A DNA stretch of 64,000 bases. Origin: an uncultured Candidatus Saccharibacteria bacterium. GTDB taxonomy: Bacteria; Patescibacteriota; Minisyncoccia; UBA6257; Colwellbacteraceae. The position numbers and the translations under genes were made by a program. The notes below the pieces were generated by a model. That model was not told the origin of the DNA, ran no database searches, and was given only the letters and a program-made list of their open reading frames with translations. Below are positions 1 through 10,635 of this stretch, in pieces (position 1 is the first letter of the stretch; each line of letters begins with the position of its first letter). Location of the stretch: positions 44,853 to 108,852 of the forward strand of contig CAYHTW010000003.1 of the NCBI GenBank assembly GCA_964360065.1, read 5' to 3'.

Positions 1-1831
1 TGACATGCGTCCAGGCTCCGATATAAGTAGCTGGGTTGGATCGCGGAGTACGGCCTATGGGAGACTGGTCTACATTAATAACCCTATTGATATATTCCAA
101 ACCCAAAATGGATTTATAGGCGCTTTCTTTATAACTGGAGTGATTGAACCTATTGGACAGGGTTTTGTAGAGTACATCATAAACCAAAGTGCTTTTGCCG
201 GATCCGGACACGCCAGTAACCGCCACAAATCTACGGAGCGGTATGTCCACATTAATATTCTTAAGATTGTTCTGGGATACACCCCTAAGCTTTATGAAAT
301 CCCCGGGAACTTTAACCGGTCTTTTTTTAGCAGGCATTGGAATCTTTTCCTCGCCTCGTAGATAGCTAAGTGTCAGACTATTTTGTTTCTTATCCTTGAA
401 GATTTCTGGGATCGAACCTTGGGCCACGATTTTGCCTCCGTGAATTCCGGCCGCCGGTCCGATGTCCACTAAGTAGTCCGATGCGCGGATAGTTTCCTCG
501 TCATGCTCCACAATAATTATCGTGTTGCCCAAATCTCTTAGATTATGCAAAGTTTTAATTAACTTATCATTATCTCTCTGATGTAAGCCGATAGTTGGTT
601 CGTCCAAGATATATAGAGTCCCAACAAGCCTTGAGCCTATTTGGGAAGCCAAGCGAATTCTTTGCGATTCGCCGCCGGACAAAGTTCCGGCACGTCTATC
701 TAGTGTTAGATAATTCAAACCAACATCCATCATAAACTTAAGGCGGTTTTTTATTTCCCGCAGCGGCGTCTCTGAAATTTCTTTCTGTTTTTCGGTCCAT
801 TTCTTATCGGTCTCGGCTAGAAACACCGAAGAGTCGCCAACTGACAATGACGTAATTTGGGTAATGTTTTTACCGTCAATCAAAACGTTCAAGGCTTCCG
901 GCTTTAACCGTTTACCAAGACATACTGCGCAAATTTTTTCCGACCATAAATCTTCTGTTCCTAAACCGTGGCAAGTCGGGCAAGCTCCATAGGGGCTATT
1001 GAAAGAGAAAAGCCTCGGCTCTATTTCGGGGAAAGAAAAATTATCCCTGGGGCAGGAAAACTTGGCCGAGAAACTTACTTCTTTATCTCCCATTACGGCT
1101 ACTGTTGTATCGTTGCCGTGCTTCAGGGCTGCCTCCACCGCCTCGGCAAGACGGAGCCTATTCTCTTTATCCTCCATATCGGTCCCGGCCGTGACCTTAT
1201 CAACTATCAGCTCTATGGTGTGCTGTTTGTAACGAGACATGGTTACTCTTTCCCTTAAAGACTTGAACTCGCCATCAACTCTCGCTTCCCGGAAGCCGGC
1301 GCTTAAGAAATCGTATAAGAGCTGATAGTACTCTCCCTTTCTTCCCCTAACAGACGGCGCCATGATAACCAACTCCTTCTGTACTTTCCCATAAGGTGCC
1401 GAGAAGGCTACTATGGCGTCCACTATCTCGGCAGAAGTCATCCTCCTTATTTCCGCGCCACAGACAGGGCAATAGGGCACACCGATGCGGGCAAATAAAA
1501 CTCTCAAATAATCGTAGATCTCGGTGATAGTAGCTACCGTTGACCGAGGGTTAGAAGAATGCGCTTTTTGGTCTATAGAAATGGCGGGAGAAAGCCCCTC
1601 AATCTCATCCACATCAGGTTTATCCAAGCGACCCAAAAACTGCCTGGCATAAGCCGAGAGAGACTCTATATATCTTCTCTGCCCCTCGGCAAAGATTGTG
1701 TCAAATGCTAAGGACGACTTGCCCGAGCCGGAAAGGCCGGTGAAAACTACCATCTTGTCCCGAGGTATCTCCAGGCTTATATTTTTCAGGTTATGCTCTC
1801 TCGCTCCTTTGATGATTATTTTATCTTTCAT
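1..1831 (-). CDS. uvrA: Excinuclease ABC subunit A (runs off the left edge of the window)
   Basis: Hand translation from ATG at 1831: [54 protein letters not shown]; also [17 protein letters not shown] and LDEPTIGLH. Abuts the uvrB stop. Absent from the ORF track because it is truncated by the window. Confidence 0.97.
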   Translation of the reverse strand, partial: MKDKIIIKGAREHNLKNISLEIPRDKMVVFTGLSGSGKSSLAFDTIFAEGQRRYIESLSAYARQFLGRLDKPDVDEIEGLSPAISIDQKAHSSNPRSTVATITEIYDYLRVLFARIGVPYCPVCGAEIRRMTSAEIVDAIVAFSAPYGKVQKELVIMAPSVRGRKGEYYQLLYDFLSAGFREARVDGEFKSLRERVTMSRYKQHTIELIVDKVTAGTDMEDKENRLRLAEAVEAALKHGNDTTVAVMGDKEVSFSAKFSCPRDNFSFPEIEPRLFSFNSPYGACPTCHGLGTEDLWSEKICAVCLGKRLKPEALNVLIDGKNITQITSLSVGDSSVFLAETDKKWTEKQKEISETPLREIKNRLKFMMDVGLNYLTLDRRAGTLSGGESQRIRLASQIGSRLVGTLYILDEPTIGLHQRDNDKLIKTLHNLRDLGNTIIIVEHDEETIRASDYLVDIGPAAGIHGGKIVAQGSIPEIFKDKKQNSLTLSYLRGEEKIPMPAKKRPVKVPGDFIKLRGVSQNNLKNINVDIPLRRFVAVTGVSGSGKSTLVYDVLYKTLSNRFNHSSYKESAYKSILGLEYINRVINVDQSPIGRTPRSNPATYIGAWTHV

Positions 1832-3823
1832 TTATTTTTCTTTACTTTTGCTTCTTTTGATAAGTTCTTTCACTTCGTCGCGCAAAATTGCAGCGAGTTC
1901 AAAGTCCAGATTTTTCGCAGCTTCTTTCATTTCTCTTTCCTTGGTCTTCAGTAATCTTTCCATCTCGGTCTTGGATTTTATTACCGGTGCCAATTCCAAT
2001 TCCAAAATATCGTCCGGCAAAATACTGGTAATAGGCCTGATGATGGTTCTCGGCGTAATGCCGTGTTCCTTGTTATAGGCCAATTGTATTTCCCTTCTTC
2101 TATTAGTCTCGCCGACAGCACGCTCTATGGAGCCCGTGATTTTATCGGCGTAAATCAGAACTTCACCCCTGACGTTTCTGGCGGCGCGGCCTATGACCTG
2201 AATTAAAGAAGTATCACTTCTCAAGAATCCTTCCTTGTCGGCATCCAAGATGGCAATCAGTGATACCTCCGGCAAGTCCAAGCCCTCTCTCAATAAGTTA
2301 ACCCCAACCAGAACATCAAACTCCCCTTTTCTTAAACCGGTCAGGAGCCTGATTCTGTCCAGAGTTTTAACATCGCTGTGGAGATAGTTAACTTTTATGC
2401 CTTCTTCCTCTAAGTATTGAGATAAATCCTCGGCCATCTTCTTGGTAAGGGTTGTCACTAGAACTCTTTCCTTTTCGGACACCCTTTGTTTAATTCTCGG
2501 AACTAAGTCATCAATCTGGCCTGTTGCCGGCAACATCGTGATTATTGGATCTACTAACCCTGTAGGCCTGATAATCTGCTCCACTACTTGCCCTGAGCCT
2601 GTCGAAGGGTCGCTCTTCTCTTTCTCATAATTACTTGGGGTCGCTGAAGTGTATATAACCTGGGGCATCCTGGCTTCAAATTCTTTAAATTGCAAAGGAC
2701 GGTTATCTGCCGCCGAAGGCAGCCTAAAGCCGTAATCAATTAAAGTTGATTTACGGGCCTTGTCGCCCGCAAACATTCCTCTGATTTGTGGCACGCTCGC
2801 GTGAGATTCGTCTATAACCATCAAAAAATCTTTAGGGAAGTAATCCAACAAAGTTGCCGGAGGTTCTCCGGCAGGCCTGCCCGACAAGTGTCTGGAGTAA
2901 TTCTCAATGCCATGGCAATAACCGGCCTCCCTTATCATTGCAATGTCGTTTAAGGTACGTCTTTCAATTCTTTCCGCCTCCAGAAACTTTCCTTCTTTCT
3001 CAAACTTCTTGAGCTGGTCTTTAAGTTCCTGCTTGATAGTTACCAGCGCTTTTTCTCTTTCGTCGCTCATAGTAATAAAATGTCTGGCCGGAGATATAAA
3101 AACTTCGTTCACGCTCGGTGTTTTGCCGAACTGGAATCCTTTAACCGGGTCAACTATAAATATCTCGGCAATTTTATTTTCGGAAAGCCTGAAATTATAA
3201 ATAACTTCCTCGTTTGGAGGCATAATCTCCCAGCTGTCGCCGCGCAGCCTGAAAGTGCCCCGTTTTAAATCGGCATTAGTTCTGCTAAATTGCATACCTA
3301 CCAGTTTCCTCACCAAAGCTTTCCTGTCTATGAAGTCCCCAACCTTAAAATGAATAATGCTTTCGGCATATGCTTCCGGAGCTCCCAAACCATAAATACA
3401 TGAAACGGAGGCCACTACTATCACGTCTTTGCGAGTAAGAAGCGCAGTAGTGGAAGCATGCCTTAACTTATCTATCTCATCGTTAATCATAGCTTCCTTG
3501 TCTATATAGGTGTCAGTTGAAGGCATATAAGCCTCCGGCTGATAGTAGTCGTAGTAAGAAACGAAGTAATGCACGGCGTTGTGGGGAAAGAGTTCGCGGA
3601 ACTCATTGCAGAGCTGGGCAGCTAGGGTTTTATTGTGAGCTATAACCAGAGTCGGCTTCTGAATAGCCTCTATAACATTAGCAATCGTAAAAGTCTTGCC
3701 GGAACCGGTCACGCCCAAAAGAGTCTGGTTTTTGTAGCCCTTTTTTAAACCATAAACAAGCTTAACTATAGCCTGTGGCTGGTCTCCTGCCGGTTTGTTA
3801 TCCGATACTATTTCAAATTTCAT
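1832..3823 (-). CDS. uvrB: Excinuclease ABC subunit B
   Basis: [33 protein letters not shown] and QVIGRAAR motifs; C-terminal UVR domain ([11 protein letters not shown]). Confidence 0.98.
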   Translation of the reverse strand: MKFEIVSDNKPAGDQPQAIVKLVYGLKKGYKNQTLLGVTGSGKTFTIANVIEAIQKPTLVIAHNKTLAAQLCNEFRELFPHNAVHYFVSYYDYYQPEAYMPSTDTYIDKEAMINDEIDKLRHASTTALLTRKDVIVVASVSCIYGLGAPEAYAESIIHFKVGDFIDRKALVRKLVGMQFSRTNADLKRGTFRLRGDSWEIMPPNEEVIYNFRLSENKIAEIFIVDPVKGFQFGKTPSVNEVFISPARHFITMSDEREKALVTIKQELKDQLKKFEKEGKFLEAERIERRTLNDIAMIREAGYCHGIENYSRHLSGRPAGEPPATLLDYFPKDFLMVIDESHASVPQIRGMFAGDKARKSTLIDYGFRLPSAADNRPLQFKEFEARMPQVIYTSATPSNYEKEKSDPSTGSGQVVEQIIRPTGLVDPIITMLPATGQIDDLVPRIKQRVSEKERVLVTTLTKKMAEDLSQYLEEEGIKVNYLHSDVKTLDRIRLLTGLRKGEFDVLVGVNLLREGLDLPEVSLIAILDADKEGFLRSDTSLIQVIGRAARNVRGEVLIYADKITGSIERAVGETNRRREIQLAYNKEHGITPRTIIRPITSILPDDILELELAPVIKSKTEMERLLKTKEREMKEAAKNLDFELAAILRDEVKELIKRSKSKEK
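2591..2609. repeat. Short REP-like hairpin CCCTGAGCCTGTCGAAGGG inside uvrB, encoding PSTGSG
   Basis: Imperfect hairpin at a point where UvrB usually has only a short linker before [11 protein letters not shown]. Confidence 0.6.
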
Positions 3824-3906
3824 TTTTGAATATCAAAAACTCCCCTCGTTTTGGCTACAGAGAGGTACTTATAAGGAGTTTAGAGAAGGCTGAGAGTTAA
3901 GTCAAC

Positions 3907-4428
3907 CTAATAAGAAATAGTGAAACGGTATTTCTTTTTAGCCCAATACAGACCGGCATAAGCAACACCTATACGGGGAGTTTTTTTAATTAATTTCTTA
4001 TCCACCCACACTCCACGGTCCTCTATCCATAAACCAGTCTTAACTGAAACGGTTTCATTAATGAAACCGCCGTTCACGCCCAGCTTCTTAGTAACTCTAC
4101 CTGGCCCGTTTATCCCCTGAACTCCTCGGATTAGAACTGCGGCAGGATAATCTTTGGGTCCAGTTACAACATTCAACATCCAATGCATACCGTAGGTGAA
4201 GTAAACATACCAGTGTCCGGCAGGACCAAACATTGGAGTATTTCTCACGGTCCTACCTCGGTGAGCATGCGAAGCTCTGTCTTGAGGCCCGTCATAAGCC
4301 TCCACTTCGGTTATCATGGCAGCAATAACTCTGCCGTTTTTATTCCTCACCAGAAACTTACCTAAAAGACCTTGGGCTACTACCAGCGTGGGTCGGTTAA
4401 AAAAGTTTTTCTTTAAGACTTTTCTCAA
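3907..4428 (-). CDS. mpg: DNA-3-methyladenine glycosylase (MPG/AAG family)
   Basis: ITEVEAY, YVYFTYGMHWMLNVV, AAVLIRG, GPG and TPRIGV motifs. Confidence 0.93.
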   Translation of the reverse strand: MRKVLKKNFFNRPTLVVAQGLLGKFLVRNKNGRVIAAMITEVEAYDGPQDRASHAHRGRTVRNTPMFGPAGHWYVYFTYGMHWMLNVVTGPKDYPAAVLIRGVQGINGPGRVTKKLGVNGGFINETVSVKTGLWIEDRGVWVDKKLIKKTPRIGVAYAGLYWAKKKYRFTISY

Positions 4429-4481
4429 AACATTATTGGCCTAAACTAAAATCTAATCAAAATCCAGACTAAATTCCCACT

Positions 4482-4517
4482 AGTATACTATAGTACTGAT
4501 CAGTACTATAGTATACT
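4482..4517. repeat. Perfect 36-bp palindrome AGTATACTATAGTACTGATCAGTACTATAGTATACT (copy 1)
   Basis: 18-bp arms are exact reverse complements; a 34/36 copy lies at 41650-41685. Confidence 0.9.
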
Positions 4518-4823
4518 CTAAAACCTGGAAGCTTCTTTAAATTCTTTTAAGATTTCTTTGGGCAGCGGCTCCCCCGGCTTGGTTTCTCCGGGATACCTCC
4601 AGGCAGAAATGACCTTTCTTTTCTTTGGCGTATCCTGCACCATCACCCAAATCTCATAAGGGTTTTTAGCCGTACCCGCTTTCTGCATCAAAGCCAGGGT
4701 CTTGTCGGCTATGCCGCCCTCTATTCTTGAGGGAAAGCTCAAAACTCTTTTAACTCTCGCTTCACTCAAACGATACTGCCTCATTTTAGACTGCGAGTGG
4801 TTTGTCCAGAGCAAAGTCTTCAT
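4518..4823 (-). CDS. Small hypothetical protein, possibly DUF4258/RelE-like fold
   Basis: 101-aa ORF with WTNHSQSKMRQY and VISAWRYPG; family assignment is tentative. Confidence 0.7.
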   Translation of the reverse strand: MKTLLWTNHSQSKMRQYRLSEARVKRVLSFPSRIEGGIADKTLALMQKAGTAKNPYEIWVMVQDTPKKRKVISAWRYPGETKPGEPLPKEILKEFKEASRF

Positions 4824-4849
4824 AGTTTTGATATAATAAGTATAACAGT

Positions 4850-6715
4850 ATGGAAACTTCCAAAAAAATCCCTTATGCGATTCTATGTCTTATAATCGTT
4901 GTGTCTTTCGACCTTATGGTTTCGGTCTCACGGCAAGAATCGGCTATCTATGACGAACTAGCGCACATTCCTGCAGGATATAGCTACGACAAATACTTTG
5001 ACTACCGCTTAAATCCAGAACACCCGCCTCTCGTTAAGATGCTCTCTGGCCTACCCCTAACATTCCTAAACCTCAATTTCCCGACTCAAAGCGCGGCCTG
5101 GACTACCGACGTAAACGGCCAATGGTATATTGGTTGGGACTTCCTTTATAACTCCGGTAATAACCCAGACGCCATTATCCAATGGGCCAGAATCGGACCG
5201 ATGCTACTCACGCTTCTATTAATATTCTTTATTTACCTTTGGTCCTCGAAACTTTTAGGTTCCTGGTGGGGGCTGCTGCCGGCAGCGCTATTTGGATTAT
5301 CACCAACTGTTCTAGCCCACGGCCATTTTGTTACCACCGACATCGGAGCAGCTCTGGGTTTCTTCATGTCAATTTATTACTTCACTAAATTCCAAGAAAA
5401 CCAGACTAAAAAGAATTTAATTCTGGCAGGCATCGGATTTGGCATTGCCCAGCTTCTTAAATTCTCGGGTATTATCCTTATTCCATATCTACTGCTTCTT
5501 ACTTTTATTTTTTATGGCGGTGGTATCTGGAGAAATTGGAAATACGGCGCAGCAGGCTACCAACTTTTACGCAAAACTTGGTTTGATGGCTGGAAAAGAT
5601 TGAGAGACATAATTCTAATCTTCTTAATCGGAGCGGCTATCATCTATCCGCTCTACTTTGTTACTACCATAAACTATCCACCGGAGAAACAACGTTCCGA
5701 CACCATAGAAACCTTAAATTCTTTTGCTAACGGGCCGACTCCGGAGGGACAAATCTGCAAACCAATGAGATGCTTAGCCGATCTTGATATCTGGGCCTCA
5801 AATAAGCCCTTAGTAAGGCCTTATGCCGAATATCTCTTAGGTGTCTTGATGGTTCTGCAGCGCGCCGATGGTGGCAATACCAGTTATTTTCTCGGGCAAG
5901 TTTCCGCCGCAGGCACCTGGTATTATTTCCCCCTGGTTTATCTGATGAAAGAATCTCTCCCGGTCTTAATTCTTATAGGCCTAGCATTCTTGCTATCAGT
6001 CTGGGCAATAATTAAGACTTTTTGGAGAAGAAAAAGTAGCTTTGCCGATTATCTGGAAACCCACCCTGGAGAGTTTGCTATGATTTTATTGATAATTGTT
6101 TATATGGCCTACAGCATAAACGGTAGGCTGAACATTGGAGTCAGGCATCTATTCCCGATATTACCGGGTTTATATATTCTTACAGCTTCTGGCCTCAAAA
6201 GGTGGCTTAATAACATTAACTATCAGAAGGCTAAGTTCGCTTTTCTGGGAATTATGGTTGTTTGGCTCGGGGCGGAAGCCGGCTTCGGCTACCCATACTA
6301 TCTCTCTTACTCTAACGAAGCTTTTGGAGGAACTGCCGTGGGCTGGCAATATGTTACCGACTCTAACTATGATTGGGGGCAGGATTTAAAAAGGTTTAAA
6401 ACTTTCATGAAGAATCCGCCAGCCGGCGAAAATATTGATAAAATCGCGGTGAAGTATTTCGGAGGCGGGGATCTCGCTTACTATCTTGGACCCACTGCCG
6501 TCCGCTGGGAATCGCGCGACGGTGACCCGAGAGAACAAGGTATTAATTGGTTTGCCATCTCTGTTAACGAACTACAGGGTAGTGTCCACCCCTGGGCTGA
6601 CGGGAATGATCCTAGAAACGACGATGACCGTTTCCTATGGCTCCAAAGCACTGTTGATATCAGTAAGCCCTACACCAGGGCCGGAACCTCAATTTTTATC
6701 TATAAACTCCCTTAA
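4850..6715 (+). CDS. GT-C fold membrane glycosyltransferase (PMT/ArnT-like, GT39/GT83)
   Basis: YDELAH, EHPPLVK and DSNYDWGQDL motifs; many TM helices. Confidence 0.85.
   Translation: METSKKIPYAILCLIIVVSFDLMVSVSRQESAIYDELAHIPAGYSYDKYFDYRLNPEHPPLVKMLSGLPLTFLNLNFPTQSAAWTTDVNGQWYIGWDFLYNSGNNPDAIIQWARIGPMLLTLLLIFFIYLWSSKLLGSWWGLLPAALFGLSPTVLAHGHFVTTDIGAALGFFMSIYYFTKFQENQTKKNLILAGIGFGIAQLLKFSGIILIPYLLLLTFIFYGGGIWRNWKYGAAGYQLLRKTWFDGWKRLRDIILIFLIGAAIIYPLYFVTTINYPPEKQRSDTIETLNSFANGPTPEGQICKPMRCLADLDIWASNKPLVRPYAEYLLGVLMVLQRADGGNTSYFLGQVSAAGTWYYFPLVYLMKESLPVLILIGLAFLLSVWAIIKTFWRRKSSFADYLETHPGEFAMILLIIVYMAYSINGRLNIGVRHLFPILPGLYILTASGLKRWLNNINYQKAKFAFLGIMVVWLGAEAGFGYPYYLSYSNEAFGGTAVGWQYVTDSNYDWGQDLKRFKTFMKNPPAGENIDKIAVKYFGGGDLAYYLGPTAVRWESRDGDPREQGINWFAISVNELQGSVHPWADGNDPRNDDDRFLWLQSTVDISKPYTRAGTSIFIYKLP
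6415..6430. repeat. Palindromic element TCCGCCAGCCGGCGAA inside the GT-C gene (PPAGE)
   Basis: 15/16 identical to the reverse complement of the element at 33686-33701. Confidence 0.6.
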
Positions 6716-6734
6716 TTACTTTGCGTATGTCCTA

Positions 6735-7529
6735 TTACTTTTTATAAACTCTGCCAGCAACTGTGAGGTTTATATAGGACAACTTCCTCCAATCAGGACC
6801 GCTTTTAATATTTTGGATAGTCTCTTTGGCAAAGTAAGGATCAACTAAGAGGCTGAAGTAGATTTTAGGGCCGAGAGTGGTCATAGCCACTATTTCTTTA
6901 AGCTTAATATCTTCAACTGAAAAACCCATAACAGAGATACCCAAATCTTGAATCAGCTGAACTGACTTCAAGAAATTACTTAACTCGTCTCCTTGTAAAA
7001 CTTGGTCGCCTAACTTTGTATCCATCCCGTTACTAACTTTAACGAAACTAACTAGCGTACCATCTGTCTCGGGAGCCGAGGAAAAAGCAATGCCTTCTTT
7101 ATCAATCCAAAAACAACTACCTTCGCACCAAACACCAAATTTCTCTCTTTCTGTAACTGCTATTGTGACTGATCTGCTAAATAAACTTCGTTGGACTTTT
7201 ATTTCAGCTATCTCCGGGAAAATATCTCTCGGCTTTTTAATGTCCAGATTACTCCAAAAGAAAATCCTGTCAGGATTAAATATAGCTTTAGAAGGATAAC
7301 TCCCGAGTCTTTTCTCCAAGAAAGCGGTGATGTCTGGCTGACTTAGAACGCCATCCCCGCTAAACTGAATGCTTTTAACTTTAAAGAAGGCTGAGAGAAA
7401 AATCAGGTAAACAATACTAGCCACCACGCCAAGAAATACGAGAAATAAGACGGTTAGCTTTAGTCTTTCCCCAAAAACCCTTCTCTGTTCTAAGCTACTA
7501 AGCGGGCGTGATTTCGCTTTTACCAACAT
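6735..7529 (-). CDS. FtsQ/DivIB-like POTRA-domain membrane protein
   Basis: Single N-terminal TM, POTRA-like segment (FKVKSIQFSG...VTIAVTER), C-terminal YINLTVAGRVY. Confidence 0.75.
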   Translation of the reverse strand: MLVKAKSRPLSSLEQRRVFGERLKLTVLFLVFLGVVASIVYLIFLSAFFKVKSIQFSGDGVLSQPDITAFLEKRLGSYPSKAIFNPDRIFFWSNLDIKKPRDIFPEIAEIKVQRSLFSRSVTIAVTEREKFGVWCEGSCFWIDKEGIAFSSAPETDGTLVSFVKVSNGMDTKLGDQVLQGDELSNFLKSVQLIQDLGISVMGFSVEDIKLKEIVAMTTLGPKIYFSLLVDPYFAKETIQNIKSGPDWRKLSYINLTVAGRVYKK

Positions 7530-8724
7530 AGTTCCTTAGAACCTCGGGCACTACGATGGTGCCTTTTTCTGTCTGATAGTTCTCCAGGACGGCGATGATT
7601 ATCCTGCCAATAGCAAAAGCAGTGGCGTTTAGGGTGTGTAAATAGTTCTTCTGGTCTTCGTGGGCGTATTTGATATTGATTCCCCTGGCTTGGAAGTCAG
7701 TCGTGTTGGAAGCCGAATTGGTCTCTCGATATTTATCCTGGCCCGGCAGCCAGGTTTCCACATCAAACTGCCTGTAGTCTCCAAAACCCATATCACCCGT
7801 GCAGATAGCCACTACACGGTAGGGCAGCTTCAAGGCTGATAGCAATTCTTCCTGGCGCTCCACTAGGAACTTGTGCTCTTCTTCAGATTTATTTGGCTCG
7901 CAGAAAGAAAACATCTCTACTTTATCAAACTGGTGGACACGAAGAATGCCCTTGGTATCTTTACCGTAACTCCCGGCCTCTCGCCTGAAACAGGTAGAGA
8001 AACCAATATATCTCCTCGGTAAAGTCTTCTCGCTTAAAACATCATTCATATGCATGGGGCCGATGGTGTGTTCAGAAGAACCAATCAGGTATAAATCATC
8101 TTCTGGTAGATAAAAAGCATCGCCGGCTTCTATAAACTTCGCCTTGCCCATGCCTTTGAAAACCTCCGGCTTCATCATGACCGGCGGAATAACCGGTGTA
8201 AAACCGTACGGTATAAGCTTATCCATAGCGAACTTAACCAAGGCAAACTCCAGAGAGACCAGGTCACCAAGAATATAGCCGAATCTACTCCCAGCCACTG
8301 CCGAGGCTTTTTCTGTATTGATAAGTCCTTTAGCCAAAGTCACGTAATCCTTTGGCGCAAAAGAAAACTTGGGTTTTTCTCCCACTTCTTTAAGAACGAT
8401 GTTTTCTGTTTCGTCTTTTCCAATCGGCACATCAGCGGCTGGCGGATTGGGAATTTGCTCCACTATCACATTCCTCTCTTTGGCTAAAATATCTATCTCG
8501 GCAGTTAAGGCTTTTTCTTTTGCCTTAAGTTCTCTTCCTTTTCCCCTGTCTCCTTCCCCTAGCTTGTTTTTCTCTTTGCGCAAAGCATCAAATTCGGTCA
8601 CCTTCTCTCTCCAGGACTTGTCAACTCCAAGGAATTTATCAACGAGTTTCGAATCGCTTATCTTAAGCTCCAAGCCCTTTCTAAATTTTTCCGGTTGTTT
8701 CCTTAAGAGGTTGATGTCTATCAT
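7498..8724 (-). CDS. serS: Serine--tRNA ligase
   Basis: MIDINLLR, CFRREAGSYGKDTKGILRVHQFDKVE, HTLNATA. Confidence 0.97.
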   Translation of the reverse strand: MIDINLLRKQPEKFRKGLELKISDSKLVDKFLGVDKSWREKVTEFDALRKEKNKLGEGDRGKGRELKAKEKALTAEIDILAKERNVIVEQIPNPPAADVPIGKDETENIVLKEVGEKPKFSFAPKDYVTLAKGLINTEKASAVAGSRFGYILGDLVSLEFALVKFAMDKLIPYGFTPVIPPVMMKPEVFKGMGKAKFIEAGDAFYLPEDDLYLIGSSEHTIGPMHMNDVLSEKTLPRRYIGFSTCFRREAGSYGKDTKGILRVHQFDKVEMFSFCEPNKSEEEHKFLVERQEELLSALKLPYRVVAICTGDMGFGDYRQFDVETWLPGQDKYRETNSASNTTDFQARGINIKYAHEDQKNYLHTLNATAFAIGRIIIAVLENYQTEKGTIVVPEVLRNYVGKSEITPA

Positions 8725-8728
8725 TCTT

Positions 8729-10174
8729 TTATTTTTTCTTCCTCATTAAAGGAAAGAATACAGTTTCCCTTAAAGGCTTGTCCATAAGCACCCCGAAGAG
8801 CCTTTCTGATAAGCCGAAGCCAGCCATCGGAGGCATACCGTATTCCAAAGCTTCCAAGAAATCTTCGTCTAGTCTTTGCGCTTCAACATCGCCTTTCTCT
8901 CGAAGCTTCATTTGTTCCTCAAATCTGGCGCGTTGATCAATGGGGTCATTAGCCTCGGAGAAGCCTTTCCCCAATTCAGTGCCACCGGCTACTATCTGGA
9001 ATCTGGCAACCTTCCCAGTATCATCGCTAATACGCTTGGCCAGGGGCTCAACATCCACTGGAGGATTTACAAGAAAACATGGTTGAATCAGCGTATGCCT
9101 GATTTTCTTGAAAAGCATATCTATAAGCCTACCCCTCCCAAGATTTTTCTCGAGCCTGAAGCCTTCGGTGATAGCTTTATTAAATAAGTCGTCTTCAGTG
9201 GCGGTTTCTAAATCTAAACCAACTTTTTCTTTAAAGATCTTATAATAATCAACCTGCGGCCATTTCTTACCCCAGTTTATTTTCTGCCCCCTATAAACTG
9301 TAGTTAAGGTACCGCAAGTCGCCTTGATGGTTTTCTTAAACATCCCCTCGGTCAATTTCATTAAATCGTTATAGTCTGCGTAGGCCCAATAGAATTCTAG
9401 CTGAGTGTAATCCTGTAGATGCTCAGCATCAATTCCTTCGTTCCTGAAAATCCTGCCAATTTCAAAAACCTTTTCGTAGCCTGCTACTATAATTTTTTTA
9501 AGCGCAATCTCTAAAGAAATCCTCAAATAAAAGTCTTCGTCTAAAGCGTTGTGGTGAGTTGCAAATGGCTCCGCATCGGCTCCACCTGGGATAGATTCCA
9601 GAACCGGGGTCTCTACTTCCAGAAACCCTTCGGATTTAAGCTCGACTCTTAATGAGTCCCAAAACTCAGCCTTTTTAATAAAAATATCCCGAACCTCTGG
9701 ATTTAAGGCTATGTCCAAATATCTCTGCCTTAACCTGGTTTCTACCTCGGCAATACCGTAAAAATCCTTAGGCATTGACCTCAAAGACTTAACTAATAGT
9801 TTAAAGGACTTTACCTCTAAACTTTCCTGTCCTTTCTTGGTTTTAAACAGAGTTCCGCCGGCTTCAACGAAATCACCCAAATCCAGATTTTCTTTCCAGA
9901 AATCAAAATCTTTAAAGCCTTCTTTCTTGAAGACTAACTGAATAACACCACTAGCATCTTTCATGTCGCCAAAGACCACGCCACCCTGGTCACGCCAGGC
10001 TCTCAAACGGCCAGTTAGATAAACTTTCTTTCGTGTCTTGGCGAGCTTACTAAAAGAAGTTAAGACATCTCCGATGGTATGCGATCTTTTGGACTCGGCA
10101 GGATAAGGATCAACGCCCTTGGCTTTGATATTCTTTAGCTTCTTTTTTCTCTCTTCTATTAGAGAATCAATCAT
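8729..10174 (-). CDS. lysS: Lysine--tRNA ligase (class II)
   Basis: RLRQRYLD, FLEVETP, FRNEGID, YGMPPMAGFG. Confidence 0.97.
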   Translation of the reverse strand: MIDSLIEERKKKLKNIKAKGVDPYPAESKRSHTIGDVLTSFSKLAKTRKKVYLTGRLRAWRDQGGVVFGDMKDASGVIQLVFKKEGFKDFDFWKENLDLGDFVEAGGTLFKTKKGQESLEVKSFKLLVKSLRSMPKDFYGIAEVETRLRQRYLDIALNPEVRDIFIKKAEFWDSLRVELKSEGFLEVETPVLESIPGGADAEPFATHHNALDEDFYLRISLEIALKKIIVAGYEKVFEIGRIFRNEGIDAEHLQDYTQLEFYWAYADYNDLMKLTEGMFKKTIKATCGTLTTVYRGQKINWGKKWPQVDYYKIFKEKVGLDLETATEDDLFNKAITEGFRLEKNLGRGRLIDMLFKKIRHTLIQPCFLVNPPVDVEPLAKRISDDTGKVARFQIVAGGTELGKGFSEANDPIDQRARFEEQMKLREKGDVEAQRLDEDFLEALEYGMPPMAGFGLSERLFGVLMDKPLRETVFFPLMRKKK

Positions 10175-10629
10175 TACCCAATTTTAACGACTTTATACTG
10201 AATTTTCCCATTAGGAGCATCCACGGCAATAGAATCTCCTACTTTACACCCTATAAGTCCGCTTCCAAGAGGAGATTCATTAGAGATGAACCCCTCTTCT
10301 GGTTTAGCCTCCTCGCTTCCTACAATCTTGAATTTTAAAAGCTGGTCATTACGTCTGACCTCAATGGTAGATCCTATATCAATCATTTCCTGATTGGCAG
10401 TTTCTTTTATAACTAGGACGTTTCTCACGATTTCTTCCAAATCGCCGATACGCCTCTCCATATTAGCTTGCTCATCCTTAGCTGCCTGATATTCGGCGTT
10501 CTCGGACAAATCGCCGAACTCCTTGGCTCTTTTTAACTTACTGGCGACTTCGACTCTTTTGTCGGTCTTTAAAGAGTTAAGTTCCGACTTCAATTCTTCC
10601 AATCTTTCTTTAGTTAAGTAATATTCCAT
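10174..10629 (-). CDS. greA: Transcription elongation factor GreA
   Basis: GDLSENAEY, ISNESPLG. Confidence 0.96.
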   Translation of the reverse strand: MEYYLTKERLEELKSELNSLKTDKRVEVASKLKRAKEFGDLSENAEYQAAKDEQANMERRIGDLEEIVRNVLVIKETANQEMIDIGSTIEVRRNDQLLKFKIVGSEEAKPEEGFISNESPLGSGLIGCKVGDSIAVDAPNGKIQYKVVKIG

Positions 10630-10635
10630 ATTTAT

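Noticed and set aside
2864-2885. CCGGCAGGCCTGCC in uvrB
   Set aside because: It lies in the normal-length conserved HLSGR..GEPP segment.
8435-8446. CGGCTGGCGGA in serS matching part of the tRNA-Asn palindrome
   Set aside because: It encodes the native IPNPP motif of SerRS with no sign of an indel; likely a codon coincidence.
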